DNA from: a virus
Taxonomy: Duplodnaviria; Caudoviricetes
DNA: 33,621 nucleotides
IMG/VR virus record: IMGVR_UViG_3300033156_000800
Location: 1 to 33,621 of that record
Strand: one strand, 5' to 3'
Numbering within the stretch: the stretch's first letter is position 1; every line of letters starts with the position of its first letter. The notes below the pieces were generated by a model. That model did no database searches, was not told the origin of the DNA, and worked only from the letters and a program-made list of their open reading frames with translations. Both the position numbers and the translations under genes were made by a program. Below, piece after piece: positions 17,356 to 25,520 of this stretch.

Positions 17356-17443
17356 ACCTGATAGAGACCCAATGGAGGAATACTGGGAAGGCATCCATAA
17401 TGAAATGTCGGATCCCTACAACGGCAACAGGGAGGACGATTGA
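17348..17443 (+). CDS. Very small acidic peptide (MSEPDRDPMEEYWEG...)
   Basis: Fills the gap between neighbours; ORF track frame 17258..17443. Confidence 0.35.
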   Translation: MSEPDRDPMEEYWEGIHNEMSDPYNGNREDD

Positions 17444-17692
17444 ATGACCGCCATCGGGTTTTGTCGGGGCAATCCTATAGAGTTTGATGAAGATCTACAA
17501 TGTTGGGTATATTCTAGCGATCATGTCCCCATGCAAAACAACAATGAACGTCCATGCCCAAGGTGTGGCAGGATGCCAACACCAGAAGGATATGATGCCT
17601 GTCTTGGATATATTCCTGGAGCAGCGTATGCTTGTTGTGGTCATGGAGTTGAAAAGGGGTATGTAATTATGGAGGAGAAGATGATTGAATGA
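17444..17692 (+). CDS. Cys-rich hypothetical phage protein
   Basis: RG.PI...WVY...RPCPRCG...EGYDACLG.IPG...ACCGHG; GGAGG RBS. Confidence 0.75.
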   Translation: MTAIGFCRGNPIEFDEDLQCWVYSSDHVPMQNNNERPCPRCGRMPTPEGYDACLGYIPGAAYACCGHGVEKGYVIMEEKMIE

Positions 17693-17721
17693 GCCAATTG
17701 CTGGCTATGGAGTGAGAAGGG

Positions 17722-18180
17722 ATGTGGGCAATACTTAGAGATAAGATTTTCCCCCACGGAAAAGTGACTTTAGAACATAATGATGCGTACGAACCGGAAA
17801 AGTGCTATTTGATTTGTATATACTATGAGAAGAAACTGGTGTACATGTGGCAGTGTGCAAGTGAGAGAGATGGTTTGTTTGTGTATAAAAATGCGTGTAA
17901 AGGGGGTATACCAGGGAATCAGATGTTAGATAAAAGTGAAGGTGAATTTTGCTTTGTAAATCGTAGGCCCAATAATAGAAAAGAATTTAGTTTCGGACAA
18001 CAAAAAATTTTTATGGAAGGTCATGATAGTTGTCGCGCGGTGCGCAATCACCCAACTTTTGCATTTTCTCTGATATGCGCAGAAGCGAAACTATTACCGG
18101 CTTTCCCTGTTTTAACAAAGGGCGGAGAAGCCTTTACGCTATGGAATGCACAGAACGAGGGCAGCACCAGCCTCAACTAG
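17722..18180 (+). CDS. Hypothetical protein; N-terminal ~65 aa is paralogue family A, C-terminus runs through repeat DNA
   Basis: MWAILRDK...GKVTLEHND...YLICIY...LVY...KGG aligns with 3429..3614. Confidence 0.55.
   Translation: MWAILRDKIFPHGKVTLEHNDAYEPEKCYLICIYYEKKLVYMWQCASERDGLFVYKNACKGGIPGNQMLDKSEGEFCFVNRRPNNRKEFSFGQQKIFMEGHDSCRAVRNHPTFAFSLICAEAKLLPAFPVLTKGGEAFTLWNAQNEGSTSLN
17975..18015 (+). promoter_or_regulatory. 41-bp promoter/operator-like repeat, copy 2
   Basis: 38/41 identical to 18663-18703; both end in ATG. Confidence 0.65.
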
Positions 18181-18206
18181 CTTAACAAAAGGCGGGGAAG
18201 CCTTTA
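18112..18206 (+). repeat. Two 25-bp hairpin-forming direct repeats separated by 45 bp
   Basis: TTAACAAARGGCGGRGAAGCCTTTA at 18112-18136 and 18182-18206 (23/25 identical). Confidence 0.75.
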
Positions 18207-18215
18207 AGAAGGAGC

Positions 18216-18650
18216 TTGTGCACGCTGTGCATACCTTGTGCACGGTTACGTGCACAAAAATGAAGTACGTCTGTAAGCTTCCTTGCCCGGCGTAATGTGG
18301 AAAAAACTTTCTTTCTCGAAATGTTTTTTTATAAAAAATTTTTTAATAGATTTAAGAAAATGCACATGCACACAATTATTATTATATTTTTTTAAAAAAG
18401 TTTGCTTTTAAAGCGGGCGTGCAGGAGAGCTTTGCTTTTGTGCACGGGATACATGCACAACGTGCACAAATATCTTTCGCTTGCCAGACGAAGCCTTCTT
18501 TTCCCTCCGGGGCAATTTGGTTTGTGCACTTGGTCAGAATATTAACTATATAGAACTATATAGTTCCGATAATGTAGAGTCATTACGTAATATAATTATA
18601 CATTTTCAAGTAAATAAGTATTAATTAACTTAAGCAAAATTTATTTACCG
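18216..18650. other. Candidate replication origin or packaging site: GTGCAC clusters around an AT-rich core
   Basis: GTGCAC at 18218, 18238, 18250, 18440, 18462, 18524; A/T tracts 18300-18410; AACTATATAG twice at 18544-18563; largest non-coding gap, directly upstream of the terminase genes. Confidence 0.55.
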
Positions 18651-18662
18651 GTAGGATAGGCG

Positions 18663-18703
18663 ATAGAAAAAAATTTAGCTTCGGACAACAAAAAATTATT
18701 ATG
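18663..18703 (+). promoter_or_regulatory. 41-bp promoter/operator-like repeat, copy 3, ending at the terS start codon
   Basis: ATAGAAAAAAATTTAGCTTCGGACAACAAAAAATTATTATG; no Shine-Dalgarno before ATG 18701. Confidence 0.65.
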
Positions 18704-19141
18704 CCCGGGGAGAAAACATGCCTTGTATGTGGGCATCCGCAGCGCGATGAGATAGAGGAATCTATTAATATGGGTGAGAGCCCCGTCTATCTGGCGCTTA
18801 AATATGGTATTCCCAGGGTAGTTATTGACCGGCATATGAGAGGTAAATGCCAGGATATGCCGGCTGGTTCTGTTGAACAAATCCAGGACCTAAAGGAAAG
18901 AGCTCTAAAGATTCTTACACGTGCCGAAAATGAAGGAACTCGTGAGGCCTGTATGGCCCTGAGAGAGGTTAGGAGTACAATTGAACTGCTGGCCAAGGTA
19001 CAGGGTGAGGTTGATCAGGGTCCGCAGATAAATATTAATCTGGTTGAAAATGAGTGGAACAGATTCCAGCGTGCAATCATCGATGACATCTGCCCAGATT
19101 GCAAGCGCAGACTTGCTGCAAGACTTGAAGGGAAGGCTTAA
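18701..19141 (+). CDS. Putative terminase small subunit
   Basis: Directly upstream of TerL; CLVCGHP.R..IE, HTH-like LALKYGI.R..IDRH, helical oligomerisation region. Confidence 0.7.
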   Translation: MPGEKTCLVCGHPQRDEIEESINMGESPVYLALKYGIPRVVIDRHMRGKCQDMPAGSVEQIQDLKERALKILTRAENEGTREACMALREVRSTIELLAKVQGEVDQGPQININLVENEWNRFQRAIIDDICPDCKRRLAARLEGKA

Positions 19142-20561
19142 AGCCACCGTAGACCTACCGTACTTTATTGAAAAGGCAACCGGTGGGAGGTGGAAGAGGG
19201 CTACCCATCTTGACTACTTATGTAATATAATTGAAGATGCTATATGGCGGGGTTCCGGCCGTATAATCATTACATTACCACCCCAGCACGGTAAGTCAGA
19301 GGTAGTTTCAAGGCACCTGCCAGCGTGGTACCTCGGTCAATATCCTGACCGAAAGGTAATTATGACATCCTATTCTGCCAGTCTGATTGAGGACCATTCC
19401 CGAGCTGCAAGGTCGGCCCTAAAAGAGGTTGGTCCGGAATTATTCGGTATAACGGTTGCCCGGGATAGTTCGGCGGTTGGCAGGTGGGGTATAGAAGATC
19501 ATCAGGGCGGGGTAACAGCGGTTGGTATCGGTGGTTCAATCACTGGCAGAGGCGCGGACCTGGCTATTATCGATGACCCATTCAAAGGGCCGGAGGATAG
19601 CCATAGCCCGACCCAGAGAAAAAGAGTGGTTGACTGGTATAAAACCGTACTCCGAACCAGGATGGCTCCGGGGGGTACAATTATCCTGATTCAGACCCGC
19701 TGGCACAAGGCAGACCTGGCCGGCTTTCTGATGGAGGATGATAGCGATGTCTGGAATATAATCAACCTGCCGGCTGTTGCGGTGGAAAATGACCCGATAG
19801 ATAGGAATGTTGGTGAAGCACTGTGGCCCGAACGGTACCCGCTTGAAGTCCTGCGCAGTCTGGAACGTACACTGGGGCCATACTGGTGGCACAGCGTGTA
19901 CCAGCAGACACCGGGGGATCCTGAAGGAAACCTGTTTAAGCGGCGTTACTTTAAGCAATTTTCACTGGCAGGAGACATATACATCCTGCATAAAGAAGGT
20001 GAAGAGCAGCACGTACTAAAGAGGGAATGCGTTATCTTCCAGACGTGTGATCCAGCGGCCAGCACCAAATCATCAGCAGACTGGTTTGTACTATCAACGT
20101 GGGCTATAACCCCTAACTATGACCTACTTCTAATCGATGTAATACGCGAACGTCTGGAAGGTCCTGATCAGCCACAGCTATTCCTGGACGGATATATGAG
20201 GTGGAGGCCGTTAATTCAGGGTACAGAATCGGCAGGTCTTGGTAAGATCTTATACCAGACCTTGGTTAGAACAGGGTTGCCAATTGTGGAGCTGGAGGCT
20301 GTTGGTGATAAAACCCTACGCGCTATACCGATGGCCAGTCGGTACAAGGCAGGTGCTGTATACCACATGGCGCATGCCCCATGGTTGGACGAATGGGAAG
20401 AGGAACTGGCCGCCTTCCCAAATGGACCGCACGATGATCAGGTAGACACTGCATCATACGCAGCTATTACTCTTGCAAGCATGGATACATATATGAGTGC
20501 ATACGGCGGGGAAGAAGTGGTTACTACGCATAGTGAAGAAGTAATAATTAGCCCGGTGTAA
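19044..20561 (+). CDS. terL: Terminase large subunit
   Basis: LPPQHGKS, ITGRGADLAIIDDP, QTRWH..DL, YQQ.P, CDPA, FPNGPHDDQVD; exact start uncertain. Confidence 0.95.
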   Translation: MKMSGTDSSVQSSMTSAQIASADLLQDLKGRLKATVDLPYFIEKATGGRWKRATHLDYLCNIIEDAIWRGSGRIIITLPPQHGKSEVVSRHLPAWYLGQYPDRKVIMTSYSASLIEDHSRAARSALKEVGPELFGITVARDSSAVGRWGIEDHQGGVTAVGIGGSITGRGADLAIIDDPFKGPEDSHSPTQRKRVVDWYKTVLRTRMAPGGTIILIQTRWHKADLAGFLMEDDSDVWNIINLPAVAVENDPIDRNVGEALWPERYPLEVLRSLERTLGPYWWHSVYQQTPGDPEGNLFKRRYFKQFSLAGDIYILHKEGEEQHVLKRECVIFQTCDPAASTKSSADWFVLSTWAITPNYDLLLIDVIRERLEGPDQPQLFLDGYMRWRPLIQGTESAGLGKILYQTLVRTGLPIVELEAVGDKTLRAIPMASRYKAGAVYHMAHAPWLDEWEEELAAFPNGPHDDQVDTASYAAITLASMDTYMSAYGGEEVVTTHSEEVIISPV

Positions 20562-20563
20562 GT

Positions 20564-20863
20564 ATGGTAAGAATAAATAATAGTATAGCAAGTAGAATTA
20601 GACGGTTTTTATGTAGACATTTTGGGATATGTAAACCGATAAGTACGGAAACAATTGAGTGGATACTTAAGGGTCATACGGATTCTGCGCGGGCGCTTTT
20701 AATGGAGGATCTGATTCTTGCTATAGGAAAAAGGCAGGAGACTAGTTATATACTCCAGTGTCCGGAGGGACAGTATAAAATTGAAAATGGGGAGATTGTA
20801 GCGTATAAATTTCTCTGGCTTGGAACATCAGGTAGATGGATTGTTAGTGGTGATTTGATGTGA
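20564..20863 (+). CDS. Hypothetical protein between terminase and portal
   Basis: Fills the gap with tight spacing; GTGA overlap with the portal gene. Confidence 0.6.
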   Translation: MVRINNSIASRIRRFLCRHFGICKPISTETIEWILKGHTDSARALLMEDLILAIGKRQETSYILQCPEGQYKIENGEIVAYKFLWLGTSGRWIVSGDLM

Positions 20864-22437
20864 CTGCGCTAAAAGATGGGGAAATTGCAGAGGCCCTCCA
20901 GGTAGCAACCGATGAATATAACTTACTGGTAGAGCGGCTGAATGTCCTTGAGGATTCATTAGTAGATCAGGGATGGCAGAGGTTGGGCGATAGTGCCGGG
21001 GATTTCTCCAGGCATGGCTTAAAATTAATTTCCCTAATGGCCAAAATATATTGGCTGAAGAATCCGCTTATAAAGAGGGCTGTAACTGTACAGACTTTGT
21101 ATGTATGGGGGCAGGGATGCGTAATGCGGGCCACCAATCCTAAAGTTGATAAAGTGGTACAGAAGGTTCTAAGTGATCCTGCAAATAAAGCGGTGTGGGG
21201 TGATATCGAGGCACGTATGAGGCTTGAGAATTCGCTGCAGTTATTCGGTAATATATTCTTCGCATTTTTTGTAAATAGTAATACCGGGCATATTAAGGTT
21301 CGTATTATACCATTTGATGAAGTAGCAGCAATCATATCTAACCCGGAAGATTCTGCGGATCCATGGTATTATTATCGGGAGTGGACGGCTACAGTTACAG
21401 ATTTTACTACCGGGGTATCTGCGACAGAATTTAGAAAGGCGTATTACCCTGATTGGAGGCATCAGCTACGTGGCAAACATCCCTCAAGTATAGGAAATAT
21501 ACCGATAGTTGATATACCGATATACCACGTGAGCGTTAACCGGTTGCCGGATATGCAGTTTGGGGTATCAGAAGTCTATGCCGCGTGTGATTGGGCCAAC
21601 GCCTATAAGGTATTTCTGGAAAAGTGGGTGACTATCACAGACGCGCTTTCAAAATTTGCCATGCGGTTAACTGGAAGCCAAAAGGTAGCCGTAAACAGTG
21701 CTATCTCAAAACTGGCATCGGCATTTCAGAATAAATATCCGAATAGTAATACAGAAATGACGGGTGGGGTATTTGCATCGACAGATAGTATGAAGCTAGA
21801 GCCGATTAAGACATCCGGAATAACTACCGGTATGAACGATGCCAGAAGGCTGATGTTAATGGTATGCAGCGCAACCGGTATTAATGAACCATACCTGACG
21901 GGGGATCCTTCCACGGGCAACCTAGCAACAGCCAGAAGTATGGAAAGGCCGATGGAGCTGCAGTTCAGGTCGAGGCAGACCCTGTGGGCAGGTATATTTA
22001 GTAATATTCTAGATTATATAATTGATAATGCCGCCGCCGCCCCAAACGGTCCACTCCGTACCGGTGTGGATATCGTTGTAGATGATGATGGGGACCGTTT
22101 TATCACGTTAGCGAAGGATGACGATGGTGAACCAATTAACAGGGCGGTGGAGATAATATTCCCACCTATACTGGAACATAGTACTGTGGAACAGGTAGGA
22201 GCTATTGTAGATGCTGCTACCCTGAAGGGTGCATCTAAGGATACTGTAATTCCGATAAAGTATCTGGTTAAGGTACTCCTTGATGCGTTAGATAGGGATG
22301 GATCTCAGGAACTGGTTGATGAATGGTTCGGTGATGATGAGGAAAAAACACCGGTGGATACAGAGGAAGCGCTTGCAAGGGCTATAGGCAAATTGAGTGA
22401 ATATATACACGAGGTATCTTTAATTGAAGCTGAATAG
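20860..22437 (+). CDS. Portal protein
   Basis: 525 aa after TerL; NPLIKRAV, L.LFGN.F, FGVSEV, GINEPYLTGDPSTGNLATA.SME.P. Confidence 0.85.
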   Translation: MTALKDGEIAEALQVATDEYNLLVERLNVLEDSLVDQGWQRLGDSAGDFSRHGLKLISLMAKIYWLKNPLIKRAVTVQTLYVWGQGCVMRATNPKVDKVVQKVLSDPANKAVWGDIEARMRLENSLQLFGNIFFAFFVNSNTGHIKVRIIPFDEVAAIISNPEDSADPWYYYREWTATVTDFTTGVSATEFRKAYYPDWRHQLRGKHPSSIGNIPIVDIPIYHVSVNRLPDMQFGVSEVYAACDWANAYKVFLEKWVTITDALSKFAMRLTGSQKVAVNSAISKLASAFQNKYPNSNTEMTGGVFASTDSMKLEPIKTSGITTGMNDARRLMLMVCSATGINEPYLTGDPSTGNLATARSMERPMELQFRSRQTLWAGIFSNILDYIIDNAAAAPNGPLRTGVDIVVDDDGDRFITLAKDDDGEPINRAVEIIFPPILEHSTVEQVGAIVDAATLKGASKDTVIPIKYLVKVLLDALDRDGSQELVDEWFGDDEEKTPVDTEEALARAIGKLSEYIHEVSLIEAE

Positions 22438-23821
22438 TATCATTGCAGAATTAGTAGAAGCGGCGAAAACCGTACAGAAAGATTTAGCTTTAAAGCCGAT
22501 TGAAAAAAAGCTGGCTAAACGGGTTAGGGATATCTTTAAAATACATCAAACTATATTCATGCGTGGGTTTGAGGATATCGGCCCGGATATATTTAAAGAA
22601 TCCGCTAAGGTAAGGAGTGTTATCAAGCTTATAGCAGCCGCTGATGCTGGCGTACATAATGAATTTATCGATTCGATAGAAGAAGCTACTAAGGATTCTA
22701 TGAGTGCGGCCGCGACACATCGGGCGGCAGAATTTGGAGTTGGTTATTCATTTGATATCGGTAACCCAAGAGCGACGAAATATATACACAAACACGCGCT
22801 GAATGCTGTAAAAGATATGGAACTTACAACCAAAAAAGATATTCGGGGAATCCTTGAAAAAGGAATGAAGGAGGGATTTGGGTATAGAAAGGTTGCAAGG
22901 GATATTAATAAGAAATATAGTGAATACAGTACACCGGTTAGGGCCGGAAAGCATATCCGTAACCGTGCGGAATTAATAGCGATTACTGAGGCTGGGACCG
23001 CGTATGAGGAGGGTAATAAGCAGGTTGTAGATGGGATGACCAAGGCCGGGCTTACGATGGAAAAATTCTGGTCAAATACCGGGGATGATAAAGTATCCGA
23101 TGGTTGTCAGGAAAATACCGACGCGGGATGGATACCGGTTGATCAGAATTTCCCAAGCGGTGATGAACATTCGCCGCGTTTCCCGGGATGCCGGTGTACA
23201 ATCCTGTACCGGCGCCGAGCATCTGATAAGTATGAAAAGCCAGAGGTTATAGTTAATGACACTTTAACAGATGAGGAAATGGGTAATCTTTATGCTAACC
23301 GTTGGCGTGATATATCGGAATACGATTATAGAAAATTGGCCCTTAATGATAATGAAGAAGAAGCGCTGCTTATGTACAAAGGCAGCGGTTATACGCCCAT
23401 GAATCATATACTCCGGGGTAAAGAAATAGCAAAGATTCCGGGACGCCGGGAAGAATATGAAGAATTTATTAAAAACCTTAAGCATGTATTTAATCATAAG
23501 GCAAAAACATTATCTGAACCGGTATCTGTATACCGTGGGTTAGGCGCGCGCACCGCCGATAAATTATTGAAAGCGGGCATGTATACGGATGAGGGTTTTG
23601 TTTCAACATCATCAAGTCTTCAAACAGCGCGGTATTTCGCCCAGTATAGTAAAGATGATTATAAATTAATAATGAAGGTTGTTCTTAATAAAGGACAGCG
23701 CTGTATATCTATGAAGGCTGAAGATGAATTACTATTATCGCCCGGGCAAAAATTCAGACTTGTAATGGTGGAAAAAATACCTAGGATAGAAACTTATATA
23801 TATCATATGGAAGTAGTATAG
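22424..23821 (+). CDS. MuF/SPP1 gp7-like head morphogenesis protein fused to a VIP2-type ADP-ribosyltransferase
   Basis: MuF: RAELIAITE, K.W...GDDKV...C..N, P.FPGCRC; ART: YKGSGY..MN..LR, VYRG, GFVSTS, EDELLL (R-S-E triad). Confidence 0.88.
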   Translation: MKLNSIIAELVEAAKTVQKDLALKPIEKKLAKRVRDIFKIHQTIFMRGFEDIGPDIFKESAKVRSVIKLIAAADAGVHNEFIDSIEEATKDSMSAAATHRAAEFGVGYSFDIGNPRATKYIHKHALNAVKDMELTTKKDIRGILEKGMKEGFGYRKVARDINKKYSEYSTPVRAGKHIRNRAELIAITEAGTAYEEGNKQVVDGMTKAGLTMEKFWSNTGDDKVSDGCQENTDAGWIPVDQNFPSGDEHSPRFPGCRCTILYRRRASDKYEKPEVIVNDTLTDEEMGNLYANRWRDISEYDYRKLALNDNEEEALLMYKGSGYTPMNHILRGKEIAKIPGRREEYEEFIKNLKHVFNHKAKTLSEPVSVYRGLGARTADKLLKAGMYTDEGFVSTSSSLQTARYFAQYSKDDYKLIMKVVLNKGQRCISMKAEDELLLSPGQKFRLVMVEKIPRIETYIYHMEVV

Positions 23822-23835
23822 GGGGTGAGTTAGTT

Positions 23836-23994
23836 ATGGATAATAGATTTGTAGAAGAGGGAGATGGTTTGGTCTGGCCGGAGAAACCGGCATCACCAAC
23901 TATCAGAGGTAGAAAGGTAGCAATGGCATCTATAAGAGCCCGTAAAGAAGACCGTTCATTAGCGGATGTTATGAAAGAAGAGGGATTAATATGA
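23836..23994 (+). CDS. 52-aa protein downstream of MuF-ART (absent from ORF track), candidate immunity protein
   Basis: GGGGTGAG RBS; MDNRFVEEGDGLVWPEKPASPTIRGRKVAMASIRARKEDRSLADVMKEEGLI*; ATGA overlap with the next gene. Confidence 0.65.
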   Translation: MDNRFVEEGDGLVWPEKPASPTIRGRKVAMASIRARKEDRSLADVMKEEGLI

Positions 23995-24173
23995 GATATA
24001 TTGAAGTTGAGTACCCCATGGATTGCCCATACCGTTTGCCAAATAGTAAAGGGCTACGTGGTTGCGGTTTCCATGGGGGATTTGTAAGCGCGCGGAAAAT
24101 TCCATGCCAACATGATATGAAATTCCCTGCGGACTGCCCGTTGGAGGAGATGTGTGATGCCATATCCGAATGA
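23991..24173 (+). CDS. Small Cys-rich protein
   Basis: DCPY...C...C...FPADCPL pattern; coupled to both neighbours. Confidence 0.6.
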   Translation: MRYIEVEYPMDCPYRLPNSKGLRGCGFHGGFVSARKIPCQHDMKFPADCPLEEMCDAISE

Positions 24174-25518
24174 ACATTCGGCTAGAATAAATAGCCCGGG
24201 TAAGTATGATCACATACGGCGTAAGAACGATGAATTCGGTTCCGGAATTGATGTAATTTTCGGGATCAAAGGTGGAAAATCGGAGGTGCAGGCTATCCGA
24301 TTTGATAAAAATAAATTTACGCCTGCTAAGGCCAAGGAGTGGTTAAGAGAGCATGATTATAAATGGATTGAATTCGAGGCAGCTACCGAAGGTGAGGCCC
24401 GTGTGAAAGATGAACTAACAGTTAAATATATATCGCTTAAGGAAGCAAAACCGGATGCAAACGGTACTATCTCGGTAAAGATAATAGAACCGGGGTGGGG
24501 TAACAGCGGATATTATTCCGAGAGCGTACTGAAAGCAGCGGAAACGCGCTACCGTACAAATCAGCACATGTACTGGAATCATCAAACAACCGAGCAGGCC
24601 CAAGCTATGCCGGAGCGGGATCTTAGGGATCTGGCTGCGGTTTTTGTAGAGGATGCTTATTATGATCAAAATGGAAAGGACGGGCCGGGCTTGTATAGCC
24701 GTTTCAAGCCATTCTCTGCATACGGGGACCTGATCAAAGAACTGGCACCATACATCGGGGTGTCTCATGTTGCCTATGGAAAGAAGAAGCCAGGAGAGGC
24801 AGACGGTAGAAAGGGTTTAGTTATAACCGAGATCACCGGTGTAAAATCGGTTGACTTTGTTACGGCTCCGGGGGCTGGTGGTGCCATTCTTGAAGCATTC
24901 CGTGGCGCAATTTCAGAGGAACAGATAGAGGAACAGACAGAAAAGCAGGAGAAAGAATCTATGGATGAAGATAAACTCACGGCTGAATTACTACGAAAAA
25001 AGTACCCCGGCGTTGTGAAGGAACTTGAAGCAGAATTCAGTGAAAAAACGATACACAAAGAGGCGTATGAAAAGATAGGGATAAAGCTGGACGAAGCTAA
25101 AGCCGAAAATGCCAAAATGAAGGAGGAGCTTGATAGATTTAAGGAAATGCAGATCCTGGCGGAGGCAAAAGCATTTGTTGAAGTTTCTATCAAGGATGCA
25201 AAAATTCCGGATTTGACAAAAGCGCGGATTATAGAGGCTCTCGGAAGGGTGCCCGTGGTTAAGGATGGTGAAATCAACAAGCCCGAGTACAGGATTAAAA
25301 TCGATGAAGCCGTTAAGGCCGAGGCTGAGTATCTGGAGAAGATTAACAGTACCGGTGAGGTAAAAAATATGGGTACATCCGGTTTAACCGCAGCTGCGGG
25401 GACCACAGGATCAAAGAATAGCGGTTTGAAGGAATCGTTTAAACGCATGTACATGCAGGAAGGTAAGACTGATAAAGAGGCCGGGCAGCTAGCCGAAATT
25501 GCTGCAGGAGGTAGGTAG
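24157..25518 (+). CDS. Prohead protease-scaffold fusion with an extra N-terminal domain
   Basis: IIEPGWG.SGYYS, MYWNH, IGVSH, SVDFVTAPGAGG (protease), then acidic coiled-coil scaffold; start 24154 or 24157. Confidence 0.82.
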   Translation: MPYPNEHSARINSPGKYDHIRRKNDEFGSGIDVIFGIKGGKSEVQAIRFDKNKFTPAKAKEWLREHDYKWIEFEAATEGEARVKDELTVKYISLKEAKPDANGTISVKIIEPGWGNSGYYSESVLKAAETRYRTNQHMYWNHQTTEQAQAMPERDLRDLAAVFVEDAYYDQNGKDGPGLYSRFKPFSAYGDLIKELAPYIGVSHVAYGKKKPGEADGRKGLVITEITGVKSVDFVTAPGAGGAILEAFRGAISEEQIEEQTEKQEKESMDEDKLTAELLRKKYPGVVKELEAEFSEKTIHKEAYEKIGIKLDEAKAENAKMKEELDRFKEMQILAEAKAFVEVSIKDAKIPDLTKARIIEALGRVPVVKDGEINKPEYRIKIDEAVKAEAEYLEKINSTGEVKNMGTSGLTAAAGTTGSKNSGLKESFKRMYMQEGKTDKEAGQLAEIAAGGR

Positions 25519-25520
25519 AT

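Noticed and set aside
18112-18206. Bona fide CRISPR array
   Set aside because: Only two imperfect repeats, no cas operon, repeat not recognised; kept as a hypothesis only
19044-19141. TerS-TerL frameshift fusion suggested by their overlap
   Set aside because: In-frame ATG/TTG starts exist for TerL and there is no convincing slippery heptamer
24774-25454. 226-aa minus-strand ORF and other antisense ORFs (e.g. 27103..27642, 30153..30686, 31614..32132, 12103..12927)
   Set aside because: Shadows of well-supported plus-strand genes, Ser/Phe/Leu-rich and without motifs
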